Positions 1-11,988 of a stretch of DNA of 64,000 nt are shown one piece after another. Each line of letters starts with the position of its first letter. The stretch's first letter is position 1. The position numbers and the translations under genes were made by a program. The stretch is taken from the NCBI GenBank assembly GCA_951406725.2, contig OX597820.1, forward strand, positions 4,526,001 through 4,590,000, given 5' to 3'. The DNA comes from Octopus vulgaris (taxonomy: Eukaryota). Below the pieces are notes generated by a model that worked only from the letters and a program-made list of their open reading frames with translations, made no database searches and was not told the origin of the DNA.

Positions 1-787
1 CAACTTCCTCCCACTATCACTGCCACCACCACCATTACTACTACTACTACTACTACTTTTTCTGTTCAACTGACAAATTGACAGACCAAGAAAATTTAAT
101 ATTTCACACCACCACCACTACCACAACCACCACTACCACAACCACCACAACCACAAGCACCTTGGTAGGTTGGTAAATGGTTAGTTAGATGAATTAGTAG
201 GTAAATAAGTAAACAGACAGACAGACAGATAGATAGATAGCCAACCAGCATTGGCCACACAGGGCTGGACACAGAGGGGACAAATACAAATGTAGAGCTT
301 TTCTTTTTGAAGATGGAAAAGGAAAAAGATTAAAAAAAAGGAAACAAATGTAAAATTTCGATCAAAAGGGATCAGACAAAACAAAAAAAAAACCAATCAA
401 AAGGGATCGTGTATCACAGAAAGAAAATTTTTTTTTTCTAAAGTAACAAACAAGATTAGGTTCATCCGTGGAAAGAAAAGCCTACAGAAAAGACCACGGT
501 AACCTCAGGCAGGGAGGAAATAAACACGAGAGCAAAGTGCTCTCTCTCTCTCTCTCTCTTTTGCGATTTACAGGATCATGCTCAAAGTGGTTTCGTCACT
601 CGTACGCACCATCTTTGCTAGATAGATAGACAGGTAGATATGCTAGTTGGTAGATAGATATGTTAATAGATAAGTTGGATAGATAGCTATGTTGATAGAT
701 ATGTAGGTAGGTAGATGGATGGATAGATAGATTGATAAATTAATAAAGACTAAGTTAATGCTAACACATTTATGGACACGGGAGATA

Positions 788-831
788 ACTTCAAACATAT
801 TTCAGTCTTATTATGACCTCATTAGGGAAGT
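788..831 (-). ncRNA. Degenerate minimal type-I hammerhead ribozyme motif (Penelope-like)
   Basis: Minus strand reads acttcc-CTAATGA-ggtc-ataataa-gact-GAAA-tatg-TT-tgaagt. Stems I and II pair, but the core carries G5A, so it is probably inactive. Confidence 0.4.
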
Positions 832-1459
832 ATATAGTTCACCAGAGTGTTATATATAGGGCACAGTGTGGGTTAATTGGTTCGGAGAAAAACAAGGAGT
901 TTGCTAATGGATAAAGATACATATTGGCAATCATTGTTGTTTAGCTCAGGGCCACCAATAAATATATAGAGCTTTGATTAAAGCCTTTCCAACACTGACC
1001 ATCCCAACCATCTAGGCTTTAGAGAAAGGGTAATCTAACATTACATTATTTATTGACCTCCTTTTTTTAAATGTTAGATCATGATTTGAGGAAGATTTGG
1101 CAGTGTTTTCTAGCAAACCAAAGGAGCATGAAGAGGCCCTAATTTTGGTTTGATTGATTGGTGTAGTGTTGGCAGTGGTTGTAGCGGGTAGCATAGGGGT
1201 GTATGGTTGCTGGAGAGATATATGGGGTGAAGGGTGGATGTTTGGGGTGGAATTAGAAAAATAAAGTCTTGTGTGGTCCGATATATAGTTTCATCTGTTT
1301 TCAATTGATTTCCTTATTTCTGCTGTTGTTGTTGTTGTCGTTGTGGTTCCTCATTCTTTCTGTATTCAAACATGGCGGCTGTCTTTTACCATTCCTGGTT
1401 CTCTGCCAACTCATGGAGTGTCTTCAACATTTAATTACACACCTGTCTCTCTTTTTTCC

Positions 1460-1489
1460 ATACATACAAGCGTACATACATACATACTG

Positions 1490-1526
<37 letters not shown>

Positions 1527-1570
1527 TATGTATATACATATATATATATATACATATACACACACATATG

Positions 1571-1628
<58 letters not shown>

Positions 1629-1711
1629 CACATATACACACACATATATATATATACACACATACACATATATATACACACACATCTATATATGTACATA
1701 TATATATGTAC

Positions 1712-1761
<50 letters not shown>

Positions 1762-1880
1762 ACACACACATTGCATTCTATTTGTATAGACAGATGTAAA
1801 CACGTTGTCTTTGTAGACATGTATATACTCACATACATACACATGCATGCATACATACGTGTGTGTGTGTGTATATTTAG
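1460..1880. repeat. Compound (TA)n/(CA)n/(TACA)n microsatellite
   Basis: Direct reading of dinucleotide tracts; source of the YIYI/HTHT ORFs. Confidence 0.95.
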
Positions 1881-2632
1881 CCCACACCATTTGTATAGAC
1901 GCAGATATAGGAACCTACTTTATTGATAATATGCTTATAGACAGAAAAAGAAGGATCTCTTAGGATTTCATCTGTGACTGGGTCCCCTCTTTAACTGCAC
2001 ATGGAGACATTACTTATAAACCCACCATTACTAATTTTTTTTTTATTCCAAGATAGATCCCACAGATGTTCTGAGATGCATCATCTGTGACGTTTCTGGG
2101 GCCTTAGGAGGTTTTGGGACCTTCAGCATCAGACTCTCTCATCCCGTTGACCCAGTTGCACTTGATCATGTCCAGGCTGCAACAGCAACCCACTGCCCTG
2201 CCCAGTGTCTATGCAGCTTTGGTGATGGAATTTTGGCTGTGCCAACAACTGCCAACCCAGTCAGAGCTTTACAGAATGAACACTTCACAAAACCACAGCA
2301 ACCCACTTCAGTCAATCAGATAAAACAATTTAGTTAACACTTTGTTGGCAGCTGGCTCTTGTACTCTAATAATGGTGCATTGGCTCTGTTTGGTTGTAAT
2401 GCTGTACCATACTGCAGAAGTTATTGTAAGTAGGTTAATGGGGTGGCTTGGTTGATGAAGGAGCAAGGGTGGTGCTCTGTCAGCAGAATGGGAGTGGCAG
2501 AGGACTGAGGAAGAAAACCCTCACTACTACTGCTAACAGCAGCAACAACAACAGCAGCAGCATCCCTATTTTTAGCAATAACAACCAGAACAACAACCAT
2601 CATTGCTATTGCTAATAATAATAATAATAATA

Positions 2633-2953
2633 ATGGAGAAACTTTCAAAATACAAAGACCTGGAAATAGAGGTAACTCGAATGTGTAATCTAAAAACAGA
2701 AACTATTCCTATCGTAGTAGGTGCATTAGGCATGATAAAAAATATTCAGACAAATACATAACAAAAACACCAGGACTTACAAACACATATAACATACAGA
2801 AAATTGCACTACTAGGCACTGCACACATCCTACGCAGAACACTTTCCATACAATAACCATCAGAGCATCACAACAAATCACAGCACATACCCAAGGCACA
2901 CAGAGCTGCACTCGGTAGTGAAGTGAAAGCACGCTATAAAAATAAAACTACTG
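2633..2953 (+). mobile_element. 3' fragment of R4/Dong-clade non-LTR retrotransposon (restriction-like endonuclease C-terminus plus 3' UTR) in a (TAA)n tract
   Basis: Translates, with one frameshift, to EKLSKYKDLEIEVTRM.NLKTETIPIVVGALGMIK..YITKTPG...IQKIALLGTAHILRRTLSIQ* (stop 2854-2856). Flanked by (TAA)n on both sides, the known Dong target. Confidence 0.8.
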
Positions 2954-3596
2954 AATAATTACAATAATAATAATAATAATAATAATTATAATAATAATTG
3001 CCCTGATGCAATACCAGGCAGTGGCTCTCATGGCTTCTGATCTTAATTGATTGGAAGTGTTATCATGTACATTGTTTTGTATTGGTATAAAAGATGGGCT
3101 GCAGCAAATATTCTGCTCAATACCACAGATTTGCTTGTCAGTTGTTTGACCGTAACCAGTTGACCATGTCCCTTAGTGGCTGACGATATGTGCATCTCTG
3201 ATCACAAGCAGAAGTAGTGGGAGAGCATCATAGCCATGTGCTGAAAAAAATTCTTGGAGGTTTGGATAATTCACCTTTGGAAACATAGGTGGTTCATTCA
3301 ACATCCATAAACAACCCTTATTTAGGGACCTTTTGAGAGGGATGAGCTATTGACCTGAAGAAAATTCTAACTGGGCCTCACCTACAAGGTCATGCGCTGT
3401 TTATCTGGATATGAGATCACCATGTCATGCAATATGGTTGTGATGCATGAGCCTGATGTACCCTTATCAGATAGGTAGTCATGATACTGGGCTTCGTATA
3501 TTTGTACCCCATATATTTGATGGCATCCACTGCTCTCTCACTCAATGATGATGATAATAATAATAATAACAATAATGATAATAATAATAATAATAA

Positions 3597-3787
3597 TGGT
3601 TTCAAATTCAGGCACAAGACCAAAAATACATCAACCCCAGTGTTTAACTGGTACTTGTTTTATCAACCCCGAAAAGATGATAGGCAAAGTTGATCTCAAC
3701 AGAATTTGAACTCAGGACATAAAGATGGACGAAATGTTGTTAAGCATTTTACCTGGCATGCTAACGATTCTGCCAGCCCACTGCCTT
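3597..3787 (-). mobile_element. tRNA-derived SINE, family C (Meta/MESC-like central domain)
   Basis: Reverse complement of the 18888-19103 copy (ggcagaatcgttagc...gagttcaaattc...tttgcct.tcatc.tttcggggt.gataaa). Confidence 0.75.
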
Positions 3788-3815
3788 GATGATAATAATA
3801 ATGATAATGATAATT

Positions 3816-4008
3816 ATTTCAAATTTTTGGTAGAGGAGTAAGTTGATTACATCAACCGCAGTACACAACTGGTACTTAATTTATCGACCCCGAAAGGATG
3901 AAAGGCAAAGTCAACCGCAGTGGAATTTGAACTCAGAACGTTAAAACGGACAAAATGTTACTAAGCATTTTGCCCAGTGCGCTAACGATTCTGCCAGCTC
4001 GCCACCTT
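3816..4008 (-). mobile_element. tRNA-derived SINE, family C
   Basis: Second copy beside the previous one, with the same diagnostic motifs. Confidence 0.8.
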
Positions 4009-4039
4009 AGTAGTAATAATAATAATAATAATAATAATG

Positions 4040-4445
4040 ATTTCTTTATTAACCGCTAAGGTTCACAGAAACATTAGGGCTCAATTCAATGCAGGACAAT
4101 TCAATGCAGGATTATATAAAGGATCATGTGAAGAAACAACTATAAAATAAATTCCAATTATAACTCCTCAAAAGTGGGAGGCTTCCTAGGGCTGCTTGTG
4201 GAAACCCCACAGAATCAGATCACTCTGAGCACTAGGGCAAGTACCCTCTCCTTATTGTCTTCTTTCAATAATCTACAGGGCACTAGCACTGAGTAGGCCC
4301 ATTCACTCAAGCCATCCTTGCCATATTCGCCCACCCTTCAACAAAATTGCTGAGAGGCAGCACTAACCTCTTTGTCCTCAGCTCTTTCAGTTTGGTCCAC
4401 CACAAAACCTCTTTTGTTAAGGCCACCAGAGAGATAAACACTTGA
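4040..4445 (-). mobile_element. Possible decayed LINE (Tx1/L1-like) 3' end
   Basis: Minus-strand peptide VFISLVALTKEVLWWTKLKEL...FVEGWANMARMA* followed by AATAAA; the family assignment is pattern recognition only. Confidence 0.35.
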
Positions 4446-5279
4446 CAACAATCACTGTTGTTAACAAGGACAACAAGAGCAATAACAAAAATCACAACCA
4501 AAACAATAGCAAAATGAACCAACAGGTAGGAAAGGGACTTCTCTGTGTGGCTGCTTAACTTGCTAGAAATAGCAGTTGAATCACCTTTGACTCACACAGC
4601 ACTGACTTGAAAAATAGAGGGGGCACATTCGAAAGTGTAGTCCTGGGTATACAATACCCAAGAGAATTAAGCGAGTCATGGTCGGATTGTCTTTGATCAT
4701 AGGTTAGCTCAATCTGGATTGATCTAAGGTGACAAAACCGACACCATAACCACTAGCAACACCACCATCACCACCACCACCATCATCACCACCACCACCA
4801 CCATCACCACCACAACCACCACCACCACCACAATAGCACCACCACCATCCCTGTTATTAGCAGCAACAAAGACTATATTGTTGTGTAATTAGCATCTTTA
4901 AGTTCTACAACAGACTGGTACCTGGTGGTGATAGTAGTTACCCTAGCAGCGGTGGTTGGGCTGTGGGTGGTGGTGGTGGTGGTGGTGGTGGTGGTGATTT
5001 ATATTCTGTTAATTAGTGAGCAATCTAAGGTCAGTGTCAATGGCCTTTATTCGTTACAGGCAGGGAATTCCAGGGGGGTGCATTGTTGATTTGGTGAGGA
5101 AGGACTGGTTGCAGTGTTTGGTGCAAGATGTGCCAGGCAAAGCACAATCTGAGTCAACAAGAGGAGCCAGGAGGCACTTTTAATTGCATTTGTTAATTGA
5201 GAAGAACAAAGTCTGTTGTAGTAGGGGTCGAAAGGACAGAAAGAGCAACAAAACCTTGTTTGAGTCAAACTACTTGTAG

Positions 5280-5646
5280 ATGATGATGATGATGATGGTT
5301 CTAATGCAGCAGCAGCAGTAGTAGTAGTAGTAGTAATAGTAGTAGTGGTGGTAGTAGTAGTAATAGTAGTAGTGGTGGTAGTAGTAGTAGTAGTAGTGGT
5401 AGTAGTTGTAGTAGTAGTAGTTGTAGTAGTAGTAATAGTAGTAGTGGTAGTAGTTGTAGTAGTAGTGGTGGTTGTAGTGGTAGTAGTAGTAATAGTAGTA
5501 GTGGTGGTAGTAGTAGTGATGGTGGTGGTGGTAGTTGTAGTAGTAGTAGTAGTAGTGGTGGTAGTGGTAGTAGTAGTAGTAGTAGTAGTTGTAGTAGTAG
5601 TAATAGTAGTAGTGGTAGTAGTTGTAGTAGTGGTGGTTGTAGTTGC

Positions 5647-5679
<33 letters not shown>

Positions 5680-5745
5680 TGCAGTAGTAGTAGTGGTGGT
5701 GGTGGTAGTTGTAGTAGTAGTAGTAGTAGTGGTGGTAGTAGTAGC
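5280..5745. repeat. (GTA/GTG/GTT)n trinucleotide microsatellite
   Basis: Direct reading; gives the spurious poly-Val ORF. Confidence 0.95.
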
Positions 5746-6175
5746 TTGTGTGAACTATTATAAATTCAGTTGGTGTGGGGTATCAGTGTAGGAATGGAAG
5801 ATTGGAATATCTTAGAATCTGAAAGAAAACAACAGACAAGGGTTTCCGCCACTCTACTGTTTTCTTTGGTGGTTTTTCCTATCTTTCCTTTCACTTCTCC
5901 AATGCCTTCCTCTCACCTGCGATACATTCACACCTGCTCACCATCTTTTCACCCCCACCCCCCACACACACATGCATCTTCCCCATCACCATTTTTATAC
6001 ATGAATGTCCTCCTACACATGCGTATAACACCCTGCCTATCTCTCTCTATTTAACTCCTCTCCATAGGACTATATCCCTACCTGGCTCCTAAGCCTTATT
6101 TTTCTTCTTTGTCTTTCTCTCTTCCTTTCTCTCCCACTACCTTTCCTTCTATATATTCCCCATTCTTTTCTTTGC

Positions 6176-6211
6176 TTTTCTGATGAAGAACTAGTGTCCA
6201 AAACGTCAAAA
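6176..6211 (+). ncRNA. Degenerate minimal hammerhead ribozyme motif
   Basis: tttt-CTGATGA-a-gaac-tagt-gtcc-AAAA-cg-TC-aaaa: palindromic ACGT stem III and GUC site; G12A and one stem II mismatch. Confidence 0.45.
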
Positions 6212-6274
6212 ACTCTTTCTTTCAAGCTCTATACAAATATCACTTTTTTAAAATTTATTCCGTTTTATTATGTA

Positions 6275-6661
6275 CTAGCAGTATCACCCGGCGTTGCTCG
6301 GGTTTCTAAGGGAAATAACTATATAAGCATTTTTAGAGATGTAAAGTATAATCGCCATCTCAATATGGCTAACCACAAAGAGGGGGGGGTGTTACTGTAG
6401 CATTTTACGTTCTGAGATTTAATAATAAATTTCTAGAGAGTTACTTCCCTTATATATGCCAAAAATGCATTAAAAAATGGGAAAAATTGATGGTAAAATC
6501 GTAGACTCATCGTAGACGCGTGCTAATACCCAGAAGGGCTCGATATGAATCACAACTATAAGATACCCGGTTTGGGTTAAACTGCACCGTAAAATGTGGG
6601 AGCAGTTAGGGATCTAAATCGTAGGAGACAGACAGCACAACCTTACTTTTATATATAAAGA
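6275..6661 (-). mobile_element. Non-autonomous Helitron-like element, copy 1
   Basis: Minus strand starts TC after A and ends with the hairpin cccgagcaacgccggg then CTAG before T. Three copies in the window. Confidence 0.8.
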
Positions 6662-6680
6662 TTTCTCAATTTTTTTTTTT

Positions 6681-7005
6681 GCACTGCTGTGTGGTATGAA
6701 ATTTGTTTCCCAACCACATGGTTCCAGGTTCAGTCCCAATGCGTGGCACCTTGGGCAAGTGTCTTCTACTATGGTTTTGGGCTATGTGTGTGTCTTTGTG
6801 TCTGTGTTTGTCCCTCACCACTGTTTGGCAACTGGTGTCGATGTGTTTATGTCCTCATAACTTAGCAGTTCAGCAAAAAAATAAAAAAGCCCTGATATAT
6901 GTACCAGACTTTAGAAAATAAGTTCAGGGGTTGACTCATTTGCCTAAAATTCTTCAAGGTGGTGCCCCAGCATGGCCACAGTCTGATGACTGAAACGAAT
7001 AAAAG
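6681..7005 (+). mobile_element. tRNA-derived SINE, family A (CORE-like ggcaccttgggcaagtg domain)
   Basis: A/B-box-like head, accttgggcaagtgtcttc, tail ccagcatggcc.cagtc...tgactgaaac; more than 10 copies in the window. Confidence 0.8.
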
Positions 7006-7369
7006 TTTACCTGATGCAAAGTATATGATTGTGTTGTGAGGAAAGGTGAGAGGATAATTCACCATTTTTGGACAATGGTCATTTTTGGACAATGGTCTGG
7101 TCATTTGTCAAGGACAAGAGAGGAAAAAAACTGTTACGTAAAGAAAATAAAAATGATGTTAATAAATCTCTGAACGAGGTATAGACAGTAACTGCACGAC
7201 ATTGTGAAGTATATTTGCCATCTAAATGTGGCTAACCACTAAGGGTGGGTGTTACTGTAGCTTGTAGCCCCAGGAGAACATCTTCTCCAGCTGGCTATTG
7301 ACTCACTTTCTGTGCCCTATCAGTATTTGCAAAGGGAAGCCACCCTTCCCATCGTCAACCTACGTGATA

Positions 7370-7414
7370 CGCATGGACCCAGGTTTCTGGGTATTGACCC
7401 GTCATCAGCGCACG
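7370..7414 (-). ncRNA. Type-I hammerhead ribozyme motif (Penelope-like pLTR remnant, ~7200-7645)
   Basis: Minus strand cgtgcg-CTGATGA-c-gggt-caat-accc-a-GAAA-cctggg-TC-catgcg: intact core, GUC triplet, near-palindromic stem III; the mismatches look like CpG transitions. Confidence 0.7.
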
Positions 7415-7650
7415 ACAATCACCGGTCTTCGATGCGAAAGGAGTCCCAATGCAAATACATTTCTCCTTTTTCCAGTGTCTTTTCGTCACTGGTTTGTAGC
7501 AAAGGCAGGGTGAAAGTATGGAAGGATGGAATTGTGTATTTTGGTGTTTTCCAACTAAGAGAGTGAAAGAGAAGGGAGGTAAGTAAATGAAAAGCATTGA
7601 AATGCTTAGAAAGAGGTTTAAAATTGATCTGAGTGTGGAGACATGTTACG

Positions 7651-7682
<32 letters not shown>

Positions 7683-7895
7683 AGTGTGTATGAGAATGTG
7701 CGAGTGTGTAGGTTGGTTGTAGGTCTAAAGGTTGGTGTAACTTGCCACTGTGTGGTAATGAAGAAGCCGTACTGTGTAAGAGGGAGGCTTGTGAGTGTGT
7801 GTGTGTGTGGGGGGGGGGGAGATGTGATTAAAGGGCACATCAAAGTGTTTATTGGTGTTTGGGTGTATTGAAGGAGGGAAGGGGGACAAGTTGTG

Positions 7896-8310
7896 TTACT
7901 CTTTACTCTTTTACTTGTTTCAGTCATTTTGACTGCGGCCATGCTGGAGCACCGCCTTTAGTCGAGCAAATCGACCCTGGGACTTATTCTTTTTGTAAGC
8001 CCAGTAGTTATTCTATCAGTCTCTTTTGCCGAACCGCTAAGTGACGGGGACGTAAACACACCAGCATCGGTTGTCAAGCAATGCTAGGGGGACAAACACA
8101 GACACACAAACACATACACACACATACATATATATATACATATATACGACAGGCTTCTTTCAGTTTCCGTCTACCAAATCCACTCACAAGGCTTTGGTCG
8201 GCCCGGGGCTATAGCCGAAGACACTTGCCCAAGGTGCCACGCAGTAGGACTGAACCCGGAACCATGTGGTTGGTAAGCAAGCTACTTACCACACAGCCAC
8301 TCCTGCGCCT
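7896..8310 (-). mobile_element. SINE family A, full length
   Basis: Near-identical to the copies at 34398-34787 and 36577-36983, with an internal TA/TG tract. Confidence 0.9.
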
Positions 8311-8825
8311 GTGTTATGAGTATAAGATGACATTATTGCCCCTCCCCTCAGTTAGGTGGCCTTTATTAAGCCAGAACATTGTTGTTCATGAAATGAGTCG
8401 GGAGATTCATAGTGTACAGTAAATACCTTCAAAGGTAAAACGCAGTTAGGGGTGGTCAGAGAAGAGGTGTAAGGACACACACGACAGGCCAAAGTGGTCT
8501 TGTGTTGCTAAATGACCAATAGGGTCCCTTGAATTGTCCAGCCACTATGCAACCTCAATCTCACCGATGTTACCCGTGTCCAGTAAGTCACAGAGTTGAC
8601 ATTTTTTTACTTCTGCAGTAAATGACATTCTTGGAGGCACAACAGGAATGCAGTGGCACAAATAGAGGAATTGCGCCCTGTGGGGTGGGGATGTTCTGGA
8701 CATTGAGACAGGTATTAGCAGAGCAACTGGTAAAGGATCCAGGTCAGGTGTGGCACGGACTAGATCAGTTATGCCTGAAGGACTAAATAGCTTCTTTCCT
8801 TCACTCACTTCTGAAGTGTTTCAAG

Positions 8826-9148
8826 GGAAAGCACGTGGTTTAGTGGTTAGGGTTTTCGGCTCATGACCACAAGATCGTAGGTTCAATTCCCAGTAGTACA
8901 TTGTGTTCTTGAGCAAGACACTTTATTTCAAGTTGCTCCTCTCCACTCAACTGGCAAAAGTGAATTGTACTTGTATTTCAAAGGTCCAGCCTTATCACAT
9001 CCGGTTTCATGCTGATCCTTCTCGAGAACTACATCAAGGCTACCGATGTCTGTGGAGTACTCGGCCACTTCCATGTTAATTTCGCAAGTAGGCTGTTCTA
9101 TTGATCGGATCAACTGGAACCCTCGTCATCATAACTGGTGGAGTGCCA
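8826..9148 (+). mobile_element. tRNA-derived SINE, family D
   Basis: A box tggtttagtgg, B box ggttcaattcc, then ttgtgttcttgagcaagacacttta; similar to 13535-13857. Confidence 0.8.
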
Positions 9149-9195
9149 GTTCAGTGAAGTGTTTCGGCAGCAGTCCAGCTGCTAAATACACTTTC

Positions 9196-9346
9196 ATTTC
9201 TCTCTCTCTCTCTCTCTCTCGCTCTCTCTCTGTGCACATCCTCTCTTTCTTTGTGCCTTTCTCTCTCACTCTCTCTGCACCTCCTCTCTTCCTCTTTCTC
9301 TCTTCCTCTCTCTCTCTCTCTGTGCACCTCCTCTCTTTCTTTGTTG

Positions 9347-9390
<44 letters not shown>

Positions 9391-9445
9391 CCTCCTCTCT
9401 TTGTTGCCTTTCTCTCTCTCCCTCCATCTCTGCACCCATCCCTCT
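9196..9445. repeat. (CT)n with a repeated ctgcacctcctct motif
   Basis: Direct reading. Confidence 0.85.
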
Positions 9446-10191
9446 TCCATGCAGTCTCTGTTTATTACAAAATATAGTTCACTGTTACAGGTCATTCTAT
9501 TTACAGATACTACTTGCAGCAGCAGCAGTAGTAGCAGCAGCAGCAGTAGTAGTAGTAGTAGTAGTAGTAGTGTTGATCTGTGTTGTAACTCCTTGTCAGG
9601 CTCTCCTCTTCCTCCTCCCTCAACCCTTTCCTCTCTCTGATCTTTCTAAATTTCTTCCCTTCCCTTCCTCTTCCCTTCCCTCATTCTTCTACTACTCCCC
9701 CTCCCTCTTCCTTTCAACTTTCTATCCCCCTCCCCTTCTTTGTTTTTTGTTTTGCTTTTCATCATCACCACCACCACCACCACCACCACCACCATCATCA
9801 TCACCACCATCATAACGAAGCCTCTACGTTTATGTGGCCTACTAGAAGTAACAGCCAAATCTCCCTCGAATCGCACTGTACTAACTTAAAGCAAGATACA
9901 GTGAATGTCCAAGACAGTCTGTTTGAACGCATTAGATGGGATGGTCAGGGCTGGATTGTACATCTGTTGGATAAGGGCTGGCAACAGTCATTGTTATGAT
10001 GATGTTTGTGTGTGTTTCCATGGTAACATGGAGGACACAGACAAACAACAATGACATGATTCTAATATTCCAGTTCACTTTGCAACCACTTGGTTCTGGG
10101 TTCAATCCCACTGCATGGCACACTGAGGAGCTGTGGCCTTTGGGTGACCTTGTGAGTGGAATTTGGCAGATGGAAGCTGTATACACAAGCG

Positions 10192-10213
10192 CACACACAC
10201 ACATACAGAGACA

Positions 10214-10247
<34 letters not shown>

Positions 10248-10254
10248 GAGACAT

Positions 10255-10289
<35 letters not shown>

Positions 10290-10296
10290 GAGACAT

Positions 10297-10331
<35 letters not shown>

Positions 10332-10366
10332 GAGACATGCACACACACACACACACACACACACAT
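10192..10366. repeat. ~40-bp minisatellite: (CA)n plus catacagagacatg, 4 units
   Basis: The motif catacagagacatg recurs four times between CA tracts. Confidence 0.9.
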
Positions 10367-10959
10367 GCATGTGCATGCACATACATACATACCTTCATGC
10401 TTACATATAACGTGATCACATGATCGACCAGACAATTGGATGTTATTATTACACATCTCTAGTCACAGTGCCCTTCATATTGTTCCAGCCGTGCTGGCTG
10501 GGTACTGTAGAAGTACAACCAGATTATTGCAGATAAATTTGAGGAAAATCTTCTATGGAACCCCCTCCAGGGTCATACAGATCCTGGTTGAGGACTACAG
10601 CTCTAAGCCTTGATTTTGTAATTTACATTCAGCCAGCTCTTAGCCCAGTGTGTCTAGGGATCAGATTGCTAAGGCTCTCCAGCTCCCTCTCTGTGTTGTT
10701 CTGCTCTGTATACAACCAGCCGGGTTCTTGTCTCCAGTCCATCCTTTGATGTCCACAAATGTCTTTGACGGCCTTTCGCTCTCTTCCCTCCTTCCTCACT
10801 TCTTGTCAGAATTACCCTGAGCAATGGCTTGCAGTGCAGTTCACATTAAGTAACAAATAATCAACTTTTGTTACTGAAACGCCCGTAAGACGGTGTAAGC
10901 AAATGTCTTATAAACAATCTCTCATGTTTTGTTTCATTTTCTACACAGACTCTAGCGCC

Positions 10960-11231
10960 ACCTTGATGCCAGCGCCACCTTGACTGGCTTCCGTGCCGGT
11001 GGCACGTAAAAAGCTCCAACTGATCGTGGCTGTTGCCAGCCTCCCCTGGCACATAAAAGCACCCATTACACTCTCAGAGTGGTTGGCATTAGGAAGGGAA
11101 TCCAGCTGTAGAAACTCTGCCAGATCAGACTGAAGCCTGGTGCAGCCTCCTGGCTTCCCAGATCCCCGGTCGAACCGTCCAACCCATGCTAGCATGGAGA
11201 ACGGACGTTAAACGATGATGATGATGATGAT
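10960..11231 (+). mobile_element. SINE-like family B with RTE-type 3' tail ending (GAT)n
   Basis: agtggttggc.ttaggaaggg.atccagctgtagaaa...catgctagcatgga...gttaaacgatgatg; more than 15 copies in the window. Confidence 0.8.
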
Positions 11232-11301
11232 TCTGTTACACTTGAACTCAGGGCTCATAACAAAGGATAGAGACAACAACATTCAATGCAAATACACATT
11301 G

Positions 11302-11465
11302 GTGCAGGCATGGCTGTGTGGTAAGAAGCTTGCTCCCCCACCACATGGTTCTGGGTTCAGTCTCACTACGTGGCACCTTGGGCAAGTGTCTTCTTCTACT
11401 GTAACTCCAGGCTAACCAAAGCCTTGTGAATGGATATTTGGTCAACGGAATCTGAAAGAAGACAT
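11302..11465 (+). mobile_element. SINE family A, 5' part
   Basis: Head and CORE-like domain match the other copies. Confidence 0.75.
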
Positions 11466-11616
11466 AGATGCTAGCATTGGTTGGACAGTTCAACTGGGGT
11501 CTGGATGCAGCCTTCTGGCTTCCCAGACCCCAGTTGAACCGTCCAACCCATGGAAAGCGGATGCTAAATGATGATGATGATGATGATGATGATATACATA
11601 TATATATATACATAAT

Positions 11617-11988
11617 AGGTGCAGGCGTGGCTGTGTGGTAAGAAGCTTGATTCCCAACCACATGATTCCAGGTTCAGTCCCACTGATTGGCACCTTGGGC
11701 AAGTGTCTTCTACTATATCATCAGACCAATCAAAGCCAAGCCTTGTCAGTAGATTTGGCAGACGGAAACTGAAAGAAGCTTCTCGTATGTGTGTGTGTGT
11801 GTCTATCCCCCTACCATTGCTTGACAACTGATGTTGATGTGTTTATGTCTCCGAAACTTAGTGGTTCAGCAAAAGAGACCGATAGAATAAGTACTAGGCT
11901 TACAAAGAGTAAGTCCTGGGATTGATTTGCTCAACGAAAGCTGGTGCTCCAGCATGGCTGTAGTCAAATGTCTGAAATAAGTAAAAAT
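11617..11988 (+). mobile_element. SINE family A, full length
   Basis: Head-to-tail match to the other copies. Confidence 0.85.
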
